From Coriobacteriia bacterium (GTDB taxonomy: Bacteria > Actinomycetota > Coriobacteriia > WRKU01 > JAENWW01), in NCBI GenBank assembly GCA_016649875.1, contig JAENWW010000003.1, positions 26,415 through 90,414 on the forward strand: DNA of 64,000 nucleotides, given 5' to 3'. Shown one piece after another: positions 56,614 to 64,000 of this stretch (positions are counted from its first letter, which is position 1; each line of letters starts with the position of its first letter). The notes beneath the pieces are model-generated. The model had not been told where the DNA came from. It saw only the letters and a list, made by a program, of their open reading frames with translations, and did no database searches. Both the position numbers and the translations under genes were made by a program.

Positions 56614-57489
56614 TTAAAACAGCAGACCTGTATACCCTATCCATAAGTTCTGCCCAAACAACAGTATAACGAACGTGGCAAGCGCTATGAAAGGTCCGAA
56701 CGGTATTTTCATGGAAAGTGATACTGTGCGGTTGCCAAGTTTTGCACTACCTATGGCGAGGAGACCGATTATCGCCGCAACGGGGAGGACGAGCCCGCCG
56801 AATCTCCCGAGGAAGAGCCCGATTACGATGAGCAACTTGATGTCCCCCATGCCGAATCCACTTTTGTGTCTGAGTGTGCGGTAAAGAAACGCTATGAGCG
56901 CCGCCGGTCCCGCAGCGAGAAGTATGCCGATTATTCCTTCGACAATCGGTGCGAAGGTGCTTTTTTGCGCCGAGGCGGTCAGAGCGACGGTTCTCGGCAG
57001 CGATGTGGATTGTGCCAAAGTATTCATACAGCCGGGGATGAGAGTCAGCACAACCGCCGTCAAGCTGAGCACTCCGAGAGTGGCGACAAGCGAGTTCGGA
57101 AGTCTTTTCGTATCGTAGTCGATGAACGAAAGAAGCATGAGCAGGTAGAGGAAAACGCTGAGAAAAATCGCCTGGATGAGATTTGTTCCGATAAGGGCCG
57201 CTACGGCGAAGAGTATGCCGCCCGAGAGCTCGACGAGCGGGTAGCGAATCGAAATCGCTTCATGACAGGTGCGACATTTCCCCTTAAGTACAAGGAAGGA
57301 AAGAACGGGAATATTATCGTAGGGTTTTATGGGTGAACCGCATGTCGGACAGTGAGACGGTGGAAAGCTCAATGATTCTTTGCGGGGGAGGCGCCAGATG
57401 ACGACATTTCCGAAACTTCCGAAAATCACTCCGAAGAGGAAGAATGCTCCCGTAAGTGCGTAGCGAATGAAATGCGGATCGATCATCAT
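56614..57489 (-). CDS. pilD: Prepilin peptidase/N-methyltransferase
   Basis: GSFGNVVIWRLP, CPTC..CRTC, YPLVE, ID..LP, GMGDIKL, IPFGPF. Confidence 0.95.
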   Translation of the reverse strand: MMIDPHFIRYALTGAFFLFGVIFGSFGNVVIWRLPRKESLSFPPSHCPTCGSPIKPYDNIPVLSFLVLKGKCRTCHEAISIRYPLVELSGGILFAVAALIGTNLIQAIFLSVFLYLLMLLSFIDYDTKRLPNSLVATLGVLSLTAVVLTLIPGCMNTLAQSTSLPRTVALTASAQKSTFAPIVEGIIGILLAAGPAALIAFLYRTLRHKSGFGMGDIKLLIVIGLFLGRFGGLVLPVAAIIGLLAIGSAKLGNRTVSLSMKIPFGPFIALATFVILLFGQNLWIGYTGLLF

Positions 57490-57839
57490 TGGTGATTATG
57501 CAGCGGATTGATGACACCCTGGACCACATGGTAGGTCGCGGGGTGGGACTTCACGCTGCATTCCAGGGAGGTTATTCCGCGGGTGATATAGGCGTTGACA
57601 TCGGTATCGTTTATCGCGCTTATTGGTTTTCCTGAAATCAAGGCCGCACGGGCAACCGCCAGGTTGATGGTGTCGACATTGGCCGCGCATGCTTTTTGAT
57701 TGTCCTTCTGGATGGAATTATTGAAGAGACCGACAGCCATAGTGACCAAGAGGCCCAAAATCAGCACGGTGACCATGAGCTCTACCAAAGTAAAGCCGTT
57801 CTCAGCGTATATAAAGGTGTGTCGGCGATTTGTTTTCAT
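57486..57839 (-). CDS. Type IV pilin (second, short)
   Basis: G|FTLVELMV, Cys pair. Confidence 0.88.
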   Translation of the reverse strand: MKTNRRHTFIYAENGFTLVELMVTVLILGLLVTMAVGLFNNSIQKDNQKACAANVDTINLAVARAALISGKPISAINDTDVNAYITRGITSLECSVKSHPATYHVVQGVINPLHNHQ

Positions 57840-57878
57840 GCTACGAGAATACCACGTGGCGGGGGGTTATACATCGCA

Positions 57879-57914
57879 GAGAAGAAAGAAAAACCGCCCT
57901 TCTCGGGGCGGTTT
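57879..57914 (-). terminator. Intrinsic terminator after the major pilin
   Basis: Minus strand AAACCGCCCC-GAGA-AGGGCGGTTT then TTCTTTCTTCTCT. Confidence 0.8.
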
Positions 57915-57958
57915 CTAGAGACGATCGTATTGCGAAGACCTCGGATAAGCGAGATCGG

Positions 57959-58384
57959 CTATGGAGTGACAACGGCGGTGGGATCGGCGTGTACATATGG
58001 GTCGGCTGTTGTACCTGTACCTGTGATGTGGGCCACTTCAACCACACCTTGGCTGCCGACGCCACCAGGGGCGACCACGGCACTGATTGTATAAGCGATG
58101 TTGTAAGGGCACTGGGGAGCTGTCTTGAGGTAGCCTGGAATGAGGGCTCCAGTTCCCGAGGCAGCGTCTGTGGCAAGTGATGTGACCGTGTCCTCGGTGG
58201 TTGCAAACTGAGAGATGGCGCCGTTGATGGTGCGGATGTTCGCTCTGCAGGTGTTAATCTTTGCCTTCGCCGTGGCGTTGTTGAAAATCGGAATGGCGAT
58301 AGCCACCAAGATACCGATGATCAATACAACAACCATCAACTCGACGAGGGTGAAGCCTTCGTCCTTACGGATTGTTTTTGACAT
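57959..58384 (-). CDS. pilA: Probable major type IVa pilin
   Basis: MSKTIRKDEG|FTLVELMVVVLIIGILVAIAIP; strong RBS GAGGAG, own promoter and terminator. Confidence 0.88.
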   Translation of the reverse strand: MSKTIRKDEGFTLVELMVVVLIIGILVAIAIPIFNNATAKAKINTCRANIRTINGAISQFATTEDTVTSLATDAASGTGALIPGYLKTAPQCPYNIAYTISAVVAPGGVGSQGVVEVAHITGTGTTADPYVHADPTAVVTP

Positions 58385-58519
58385 ACGTTTCTCCTCTGTT
58401 GCACGTCTTATGAATAATCGGGGGTGACCATTCCTTCGGCGCGCCCTTATGAAAACTTAGACCTTTGCATGATACACCTTTGAGGTAAGTATACAATACT
58501 TTAAGCAGACGCTATAAAA

Positions 58520-59734
58520 CTATTTGACGATGGCGACCATTTGGAACATCGGGAGATACAGGCCGATGACCATTGTGCCCACCACGCCGCCAAGTAAAGC
58601 CATCATGACCGGTTCGAGTGTCGACGTCAACGAAGCGACTGCCGAAGAAACCTCTTCATCGTAGAAGTCGGCTATTTTAGAGAGCATGACGTCAAGCGAA
58701 CCGGTTTCTTCGCCCACGGCGATCATTTGAGAGACCATGGAAGGGAAAATTTTCGATTCCGAGAACGGTTTTGCGAGAAGATTTCCTTCTCTCACCGATT
58801 CTTTCGCCTCTAATACGACCTTTGCGATCGCTTCGTTACCGGATGTGTCGGCGACGATATCGAGACTTGCCAACATCGGTACGCCGGCGCTGACGAGCGT
58901 GGAAAATGTTCTCGTGAAACGCGACATGGCCATTTTTTTCGCAATCGAGCCGGTGACGGGCATGTTCAAAACAAGCGTATCCCATGTGAAAGCGCCCGAA
59001 CCTTTGCGCCACTTGTTGAACCCCCATACGGCGGCGATGACCACGACGAATGTCGCCGGTCCTTTCCAGCTGAGGAGCGCATCCGATAGCGTAATCATCA
59101 CAGCTGTTATCGCCGGTAATTTCGCTCCCATGTCGGCAAACATCTTCTGGAATGTCGGAACGATGAAAATCAACATTGCCAGCGCGATGATGAAAACCAA
59201 AGCGCCCATGGCAACCGGATAGGTGATGGCCGATTTGATTTTTCCTCTTAAAGCGAGCTCGCTTTCGAAGTGGTCTGCGACGCGCACGAGAACGATATCG
59301 AGAACACCGCCGACTTCTCCGGCGTGGACCATCGATACGAATATTTTCGGAAATGCTTTCGGGTGTTTGGCAACCGCAGCTGAAAGAGAACCGCCCGACT
59401 CGACGTCGAGCGAAATTTGGGCGATGACGCCCCTCAGCGCGACGCTATCGGTCTGCGCGCTCAAAATCGTCAGGCATTTGGTGATGGGAAGCCCGGCTTC
59501 AATCATCGTCGCGAATTGGCGGGCGAAGATGGCGACATCCTTTCGCTTGACTTTCTTTCCACCGATGCTGAGGCTTCCGACATCTGCGAGTTTGCTTTGC
59601 TCGCGAATTTGTAAAATGACTTGGTCGGCGGCGGCGAGGCTTTCTTTGACCAAAGCCACGTTTGCGGCGATGATTTTCCCTTTGGTGATCTTGCCCGATT
59701 TTTTATCGCGGACTTGGTAAGTGTATGTTGCCAC
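58520..59734 (-). CDS. pilC: Type IV pilus platform protein PilC (GspF family)
   Basis: FARQFATMIEAGLP, AGEVGG, KSAITYP, GEETGSL, LEP, YLPMF. Confidence 0.95.
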   Translation of the reverse strand: MATYTYQVRDKKSGKITKGKIIAANVALVKESLAAADQVILQIREQSKLADVGSLSIGGKKVKRKDVAIFARQFATMIEAGLPITKCLTILSAQTDSVALRGVIAQISLDVESGGSLSAAVAKHPKAFPKIFVSMVHAGEVGGVLDIVLVRVADHFESELALRGKIKSAITYPVAMGALVFIIALAMLIFIVPTFQKMFADMGAKLPAITAVMITLSDALLSWKGPATFVVVIAAVWGFNKWRKGSGAFTWDTLVLNMPVTGSIAKKMAMSRFTRTFSTLVSAGVPMLASLDIVADTSGNEAIAKVVLEAKESVREGNLLAKPFSESKIFPSMVSQMIAVGEETGSLDVMLSKIADFYDEEVSSAVASLTSTLEPVMMALLGGVVGTMVIGLYLPMFQMVAIVK

Positions 59735-59807
59735 GCTTGCTCCTCTGACGGCGCCGATGCGAGTTTATAACGCGAAGTGTACTGACATCCTACTGATGTT
59801 GCCCGTC

Positions 59808-61493
59808 TTATGCAATAACGCGCATGATCTCTTCGAGCGAAGTCTGACCGAGGCGAGCTTTTTCCAGACCGTCCTGCATGAGAGTTTGCATTCCCTCCTC
59901 GATTGCAGCCTTTTTAATTACTTCGCCGGGTGCGCCCTCCACGGTCAAATTTCCGATTTTCTCGGTTATGGACAGTATTTCATGCACGGCGATTCTTCCT
60001 TTGTACCCGGAATTGTTGCACTTTCTGCATCCCTTCGCCCGGTAGAGCTTATCCGGCAGGTCGTCGGGGTTGTATCCGATGCGAATCAACGCTTCCGAAT
60101 CCGGAGTGTACTCTTCTTTGCACTCGGGGCAAAGAAGTCGGGCGAGTCGCTGGGCGACTACGCTGTCGAGCGCCGAAGATATCAAAAACGGTTCGATTTC
60201 CATTTCCGTCAAACGAGTGATGGCGCTTGCCGCATCGTTGGTGTGCAGAGTCGAGAGCACCAGGTGACCGGTCAGAGCGGCCTCGATTGCGATTCGCGCC
60301 GTCTCTTTATCGCGAATTTCTCCGACGAGGATGACGTCGGGAGAGCATCGCAGAAACGAGCGAAGCGCCCGCGCGAACGTCAGACCGGCGCTGTTGTCGA
60401 TTTGCACTTGGTTGATGCCGGGGAGACGGTACTCGACGGGGTCCTCCGCGGTCAGAATGTGTTTTTCAGGCGAGTTGAGCACATTGATCGCCGCATAGAG
60501 GCTGGTCGACTTACCCGAGCCGGTCGGACCGGTCACCAAAATCGTTCCGTAAGGCTTTTTGAAAGCGGTTTCGAACAATTCGAGATTGCGGGGAGAAAAT
60601 CCGAGGTCCTCGAGCTTGAGGAGCACCGAGTCGGTACGTAATATTCGCAAAACGATGCGCTCACCGTAAATGGAGGGCAGGGTGGACACACGGAGATCGA
60701 CCGTTTTGTTGCCGACATTGACGGAACTGTGGCCGTCTTGCGGTTTACGTGTTTCGGAAATATCGATATCCGCCATGATTTTAAATCGTGAGATGATTGC
60801 GGTTTGGCTCGATTTCGGGCTCCTCATAATCTCATGGAGCACGCCGTCGGTTCGGAACCGAATGCGCAAGTCGTGTTCTTGCGGCTCGATATGGATATCG
60901 CTTGCGCCATCGGCGACGGCCTTTTTGAGGATATATTTGACCAGCTTGACGGTCGGGGAGTCATCGACGACCTCGTTGAGGCTCTGAAATTCTACGAGTG
61001 CCTCGTTGGTGTCGCCTTCTTCATCACGCAGCTTTTGCAAGTCGATATCGGCGTTGGGATTCGAGTACACTTTTGCAATCAAGTCGGTGATAGCCGTGTC
61101 GGTGGTCATAATCGGAATGATGGTGCCCCCGGTGATGAGGCGCAGGTCATCCAACGCACCGATGTCACGCGGATTCGATGTCGCAATGGTCAAAGAGCGA
61201 TCTTTCAACTTGATGGGAACGACGCGATACTTTTCCGCGAGGTTGCGCGGGATGAGCGTTTCGAGAGTCGGGTCGATTTCGATGTCATTTTCGCCGAGAA
61301 ACGGTACGCCGAGTTGAAGCGCGATCGCCTTTACCATGTCGTGTTCGGTGGCGTAACCGAGTTTCGCTATGATGCTTTGAATCTTAATCCCGGGGTGGTC
61401 CTTTTGGTACGCCAACGCGACGTCGAATTGTTCGGGAGTGATTACCTCCGCTCGTATGAGGCGTTGTCCGGTCAGCAACGGGGTCTTTGCCAT
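59808..61493 (-). CDS. pilB: Type IV pilus extension ATPase PilB (paralog 1)
   Basis: [51 protein letters not shown]. Confidence 0.95.
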   Translation of the reverse strand: MAKTPLLTGQRLIRAEVITPEQFDVALAYQKDHPGIKIQSIIAKLGYATEHDMVKAIALQLGVPFLGENDIEIDPTLETLIPRNLAEKYRVVPIKLKDRSLTIATSNPRDIGALDDLRLITGGTIIPIMTTDTAITDLIAKVYSNPNADIDLQKLRDEEGDTNEALVEFQSLNEVVDDSPTVKLVKYILKKAVADGASDIHIEPQEHDLRIRFRTDGVLHEIMRSPKSSQTAIISRFKIMADIDISETRKPQDGHSSVNVGNKTVDLRVSTLPSIYGERIVLRILRTDSVLLKLEDLGFSPRNLELFETAFKKPYGTILVTGPTGSGKSTSLYAAINVLNSPEKHILTAEDPVEYRLPGINQVQIDNSAGLTFARALRSFLRCSPDVILVGEIRDKETARIAIEAALTGHLVLSTLHTNDAASAITRLTEMEIEPFLISSALDSVVAQRLARLLCPECKEEYTPDSEALIRIGYNPDDLPDKLYRAKGCRKCNNSGYKGRIAVHEILSITEKIGNLTVEGAPGEVIKKAAIEEGMQTLMQDGLEKARLGQTSLEEIMRVIA

Positions 61494-63158
61494 TTAGACC
61501 ACCACTCGCAATACTTCTTCGATGGATGTGAGCCCTTCGATGACTTTTGCAAATCCGTCGCCACGCAACTCTTGCATTCCTTCTTCGACGGCGATTCTGG
61601 ATAGTTCATCGGCTGATGCGTTACGAACGATCGCCCGCTCGAGTTCTTCCGAGACGGCCATGACCTCGTGTACGCCCATGCGTCCCTTGTAACCGATTTC
61701 ACTACAAGCCCTGCAACCTTTCGCCCGGTAGATGAGCGGCGTTTCGCCTGTTTCCTTATTATAGGGAAAGCCTGCTTTTTCACAGGCCTCGATTGTGGGC
61801 CGGTACGCTTCCTTGCATTCGGGGCACAAGCGTCGTGCCAGTCGTTGAGCCACGACGAGCACAATCGCGCTTGCGCTCAAAAAAGGCTCGATGCCCATTT
61901 CAGTCAAACGAGTCAGTGCGCCGGGCGCATTGTTCGTGTGCAGAGTCGAGAGGACCAAGTGCCCGGTCAGCGCGGCCTCGATGGCTATCTTGCCTGTTTC
62001 CGTGTCGCGAATTTCACCGATCATCACCTGGTCGGGGTCTTGCCTGAGTATCGAGCGCAAAGCGGAGGCGAACGTAAGGCCGGCTTTTTCGTTGACCTGG
62101 ATTTGCGAAAGTCCGTCCAGTCGATATTCGACCGGATCCTCGACGGTGATCAAGTTGATTCGAGGATCGGCGGTTTCGTTGACTGCGGCATAGAGCGTGG
62201 TCGATTTACCCGAGCCGGTCGGTCCGGTGACTAAAATCATGCCATGCGATCTTTTCAAGGCGTCGATGATGTGCTTGAAGTTCGTATCGTTGAACCCGAG
62301 ATCGGTCAGCGACAGCATAATCGAGTCGCGGCGTAAAAGTCGCAGTACGGCGAGCTCGCCGTGAATGGTCGGCAAAATCGCCACACGGAAATCGATGATT
62401 TTTCCCTTGAGGTTCACGCCGAAACGTCCGTCTTGAGGCTTGCGTCGTTCTGCAATGTCGAGGTCGCATTGAATCTTGAGCCGGTTGATGAATTGCCGGT
62501 GCAAGGATTTTGGAGCGGAAAATATTTCCCGGCAAACGCCATCGATTTTAAAACGGATGGCCATTTCATGCTCATGAGGTTCGATGATTATATCTCCGGC
62601 GTTGAGAGTGATTGCATCGGAGATGATTCTATTCATCAGTTTTGCGACGACGGTATCCTCGGTGTTTTCGTCTGTCAGATGGTCTTCGACTTCAACTGTG
62701 GTGTCGTCGGCCATCGACTGCAGGTTGGTTTGGTCGGCCATAAAACGTTCGATTGCGTCGAACACTGCGGTTTCAGGTGCAACGACGACTTTGACCGAGA
62801 GTCTGGTGAGCGTGCGAACATCGTCGCGAGCCAAAATGTCGGAAGGGTCGACCATCGCCATGGTAATCTCTGAATTCGAGATCGCGATGGGAATCATGTG
62901 GCTTCTCAGAAGAGTATCGGTCGGGATTTTCCTTATGGCCTGCGGATTGAGTTCGAGCGCCTTGATGTCGCAGAACTCGCAATGGTAGCTTGAAGCAACC
63001 GCGCGCGCGATTTCTTCTTCGGTGGTGAAATGGAGTTCTTGCGCCACCGCAATGGGAGACCGACCGGATGCGTCTTCGAAAACGGTTTGCACCTGTTGTC
63101 CGGTTAAAAGCCCGGCTTTTCTGCAGGTCTCAAATATTTGTCGATACGAGACGCTCAT
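61494..63158 (-). CDS. pilB: Type IV pilus extension ATPase PilB (paralog 2)
   Basis: [52 protein letters not shown]. Confidence 0.94.
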   Translation of the reverse strand: MSVSYRQIFETCRKAGLLTGQQVQTVFEDASGRSPIAVAQELHFTTEEEIARAVASSYHCEFCDIKALELNPQAIRKIPTDTLLRSHMIPIAISNSEITMAMVDPSDILARDDVRTLTRLSVKVVVAPETAVFDAIERFMADQTNLQSMADDTTVEVEDHLTDENTEDTVVAKLMNRIISDAITLNAGDIIIEPHEHEMAIRFKIDGVCREIFSAPKSLHRQFINRLKIQCDLDIAERRKPQDGRFGVNLKGKIIDFRVAILPTIHGELAVLRLLRRDSIMLSLTDLGFNDTNFKHIIDALKRSHGMILVTGPTGSGKSTTLYAAVNETADPRINLITVEDPVEYRLDGLSQIQVNEKAGLTFASALRSILRQDPDQVMIGEIRDTETGKIAIEAALTGHLVLSTLHTNNAPGALTRLTEMGIEPFLSASAIVLVVAQRLARRLCPECKEAYRPTIEACEKAGFPYNKETGETPLIYRAKGCRACSEIGYKGRMGVHEVMAVSEELERAIVRNASADELSRIAVEEGMQELRGDGFAKVIEGLTSIEEVLRVVV

Positions 63159-63167
63159 AAAGTGTCG

Positions 63168-63599
63168 TTAATCCTTCGCGATAATCTCAACGAGTTCGAT
63201 TTCGAATGTGAGGTCCTCGCCGGCGAGTGGGTGGTTGATGTCGAGAGTGGCATTTTCTTCGTTGATGTCGACGACGGTTGCAGGGATTACCTGGCCCTCG
63301 GGTGATTGCAGCTCAAGCATCCAACCTTTTTCGGGTAGTTTCTCTCCGAAAAACTCGAGAGGCACGTGTTGGATGAGTTTGTCGTCGCGCACGCCGTATG
63401 CTTCGTCTGCCGGGATGGTGATGGTGACCGTCTCCCCGATTCCAAGGCCGATGACGGCTTTGTCGAATCCGGGAATCACTTGGCCCGCACCGAGGTCGAA
63501 CTCGAGAGGCTCGCGACCGATGCTCGAGTCGAATTGTTCACCGTTCGAGAGCGTTCCGGTGTAGTTTACTTTTACTTTATCGCCTGTGGATGCTTTCAT
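63168..63599 (-). CDS. FKBP-type peptidyl-prolyl isomerase (SlyD/SlpA-like, no His-rich tail)
   Basis: VKVNYTGTL, FDSS, GQVIPGFD, AYG, DINHPLAGEDLTF; start ATG 63599 after GAGGAG. Confidence 0.93.
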   Translation of the reverse strand: MKASTGDKVKVNYTGTLSNGEQFDSSIGREPLEFDLGAGQVIPGFDKAVIGLGIGETVTITIPADEAYGVRDDKLIQHVPLEFFGEKLPEKGWMLELQSPEGQVIPATVVDINEENATLDINHPLAGEDLTFEIELVEIIAKD

Positions 63600-63738
63600 T
63601 GAGTTCTCCTCATGGTTATTTCGTGTACCGGTAGTCAGAGTAAGCGGCTTCCGATGCCCTAGGATACTAGAGTATCCGACCACAGTGTTTTATGCTAATA
63701 CTAAAGAGCTTCGAGGGTAGGGTATTTTCGTGGATAAC

Positions 63739-64000
63739 ATGAGCTGCACACAACGGAACGATACGAACGAGTCGCGTAAGGGCGGGGCACCGAAGGGCGG
63801 GGCTCATGTCGGCTCGGAGGCGGTCGTCGCATTGGTCGATGCCGTTCTCGGGGTCGCTGAAGAACTGTATCGCGATTTCGAGTGGAGGCGCACGGCGGAT
63901 CCTTATCGTGTGCTGGTTTCCGAGGTTATGCTACAGCAGACTCAGACGGTGCGTGTCATACGCTACTATGCGCGGTGGATCGAAAAGTTTCCGACCTTCG
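63739..64000 (+). CDS. mutY: A/G-specific adenine glycosylase MutY, 5' part (runs off window end)
   Basis: Manual translation: RDFEWRRTADPYRVLVSEVMLQQTQTVRV..YYARWIEKFPT. Confidence 0.88.
   Translation, partial: MSCTQRNDTNESRKGGAPKGGAHVGSEAVVALVDAVLGVAEELYRDFEWRRTADPYRVLVSEVMLQQTQTVRVIRYYARWIEKFPTF

Noticed and set aside
58385..58475. c-di-GMP-I riboswitch before the major pilin (GCAAAGGTCTAAG)
   Set aside because: There is no P2 GAAA tetraloop/receptor architecture, and the match sits at the predicted TSS.
9880..62988. Many long antisense or alternate-frame ORFs (e.g. 10597..11520, 24386..25411, 59721..60641)
   Set aside because: These are shadow ORFs expected from codon bias opposite well-supported genes.
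63730..63738. DnaA-box-like GTGGATAA before mutY
   Set aside because: A single mismatched copy, compatible with chance.

Overview
Core chromosomal window around the replication origin of a moderately GC-rich Actinomycetota genome. Gene content (FAS-II, rubrerythrin, AddAB-type nuclease, RodA-PbpA fusion, UPF0182) suggests an anaerobic Coriobacteriia member; this taxonomy is inference. In order: a partial GHKL-like gene, an oriC-like DnaA-box region, rpmH-rnpA-yidD-yidC-jag, twin parS sites with rsmG-parA-parB, addBA, rlmN, ddl, corC-like-UPF0182-rlpA plus a stand-alone cyanophycin-synthetase N-domain gene, ytxH-like/PRC/deacetylase genes, fabK-D-G-F-Z plus a fused acc gene, an MgtE-like/NRAMP-like operon with a structured leader, lipid/ABC/TetR genes, tRNA-Arg, the kinase-fhaA-fhaB-pstP-rodA/pbpA-pknB cluster, tRNA-Leu, rubrerythrin, a ~14.7 kb monoderm type IVa pilus locus, and a partial mutY. 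I saw no mobile element or CRISPR array. The most unusual items are a PilT with an N-terminal receiver-like domain in a two-PilB locus, the stand-alone CphA N-domain metallohydrolase, a repeated ACCTGCG motif in oriC beside a GHKL-like gene, a pore-degenerate MgtE paired with an NRAMP-like transporter under a riboswitch-like leader, a BC-N/AccD/AccA fusion, and a PafBC-type promoter before addBA. All calls come from reading motifs by eye; no searches were run.
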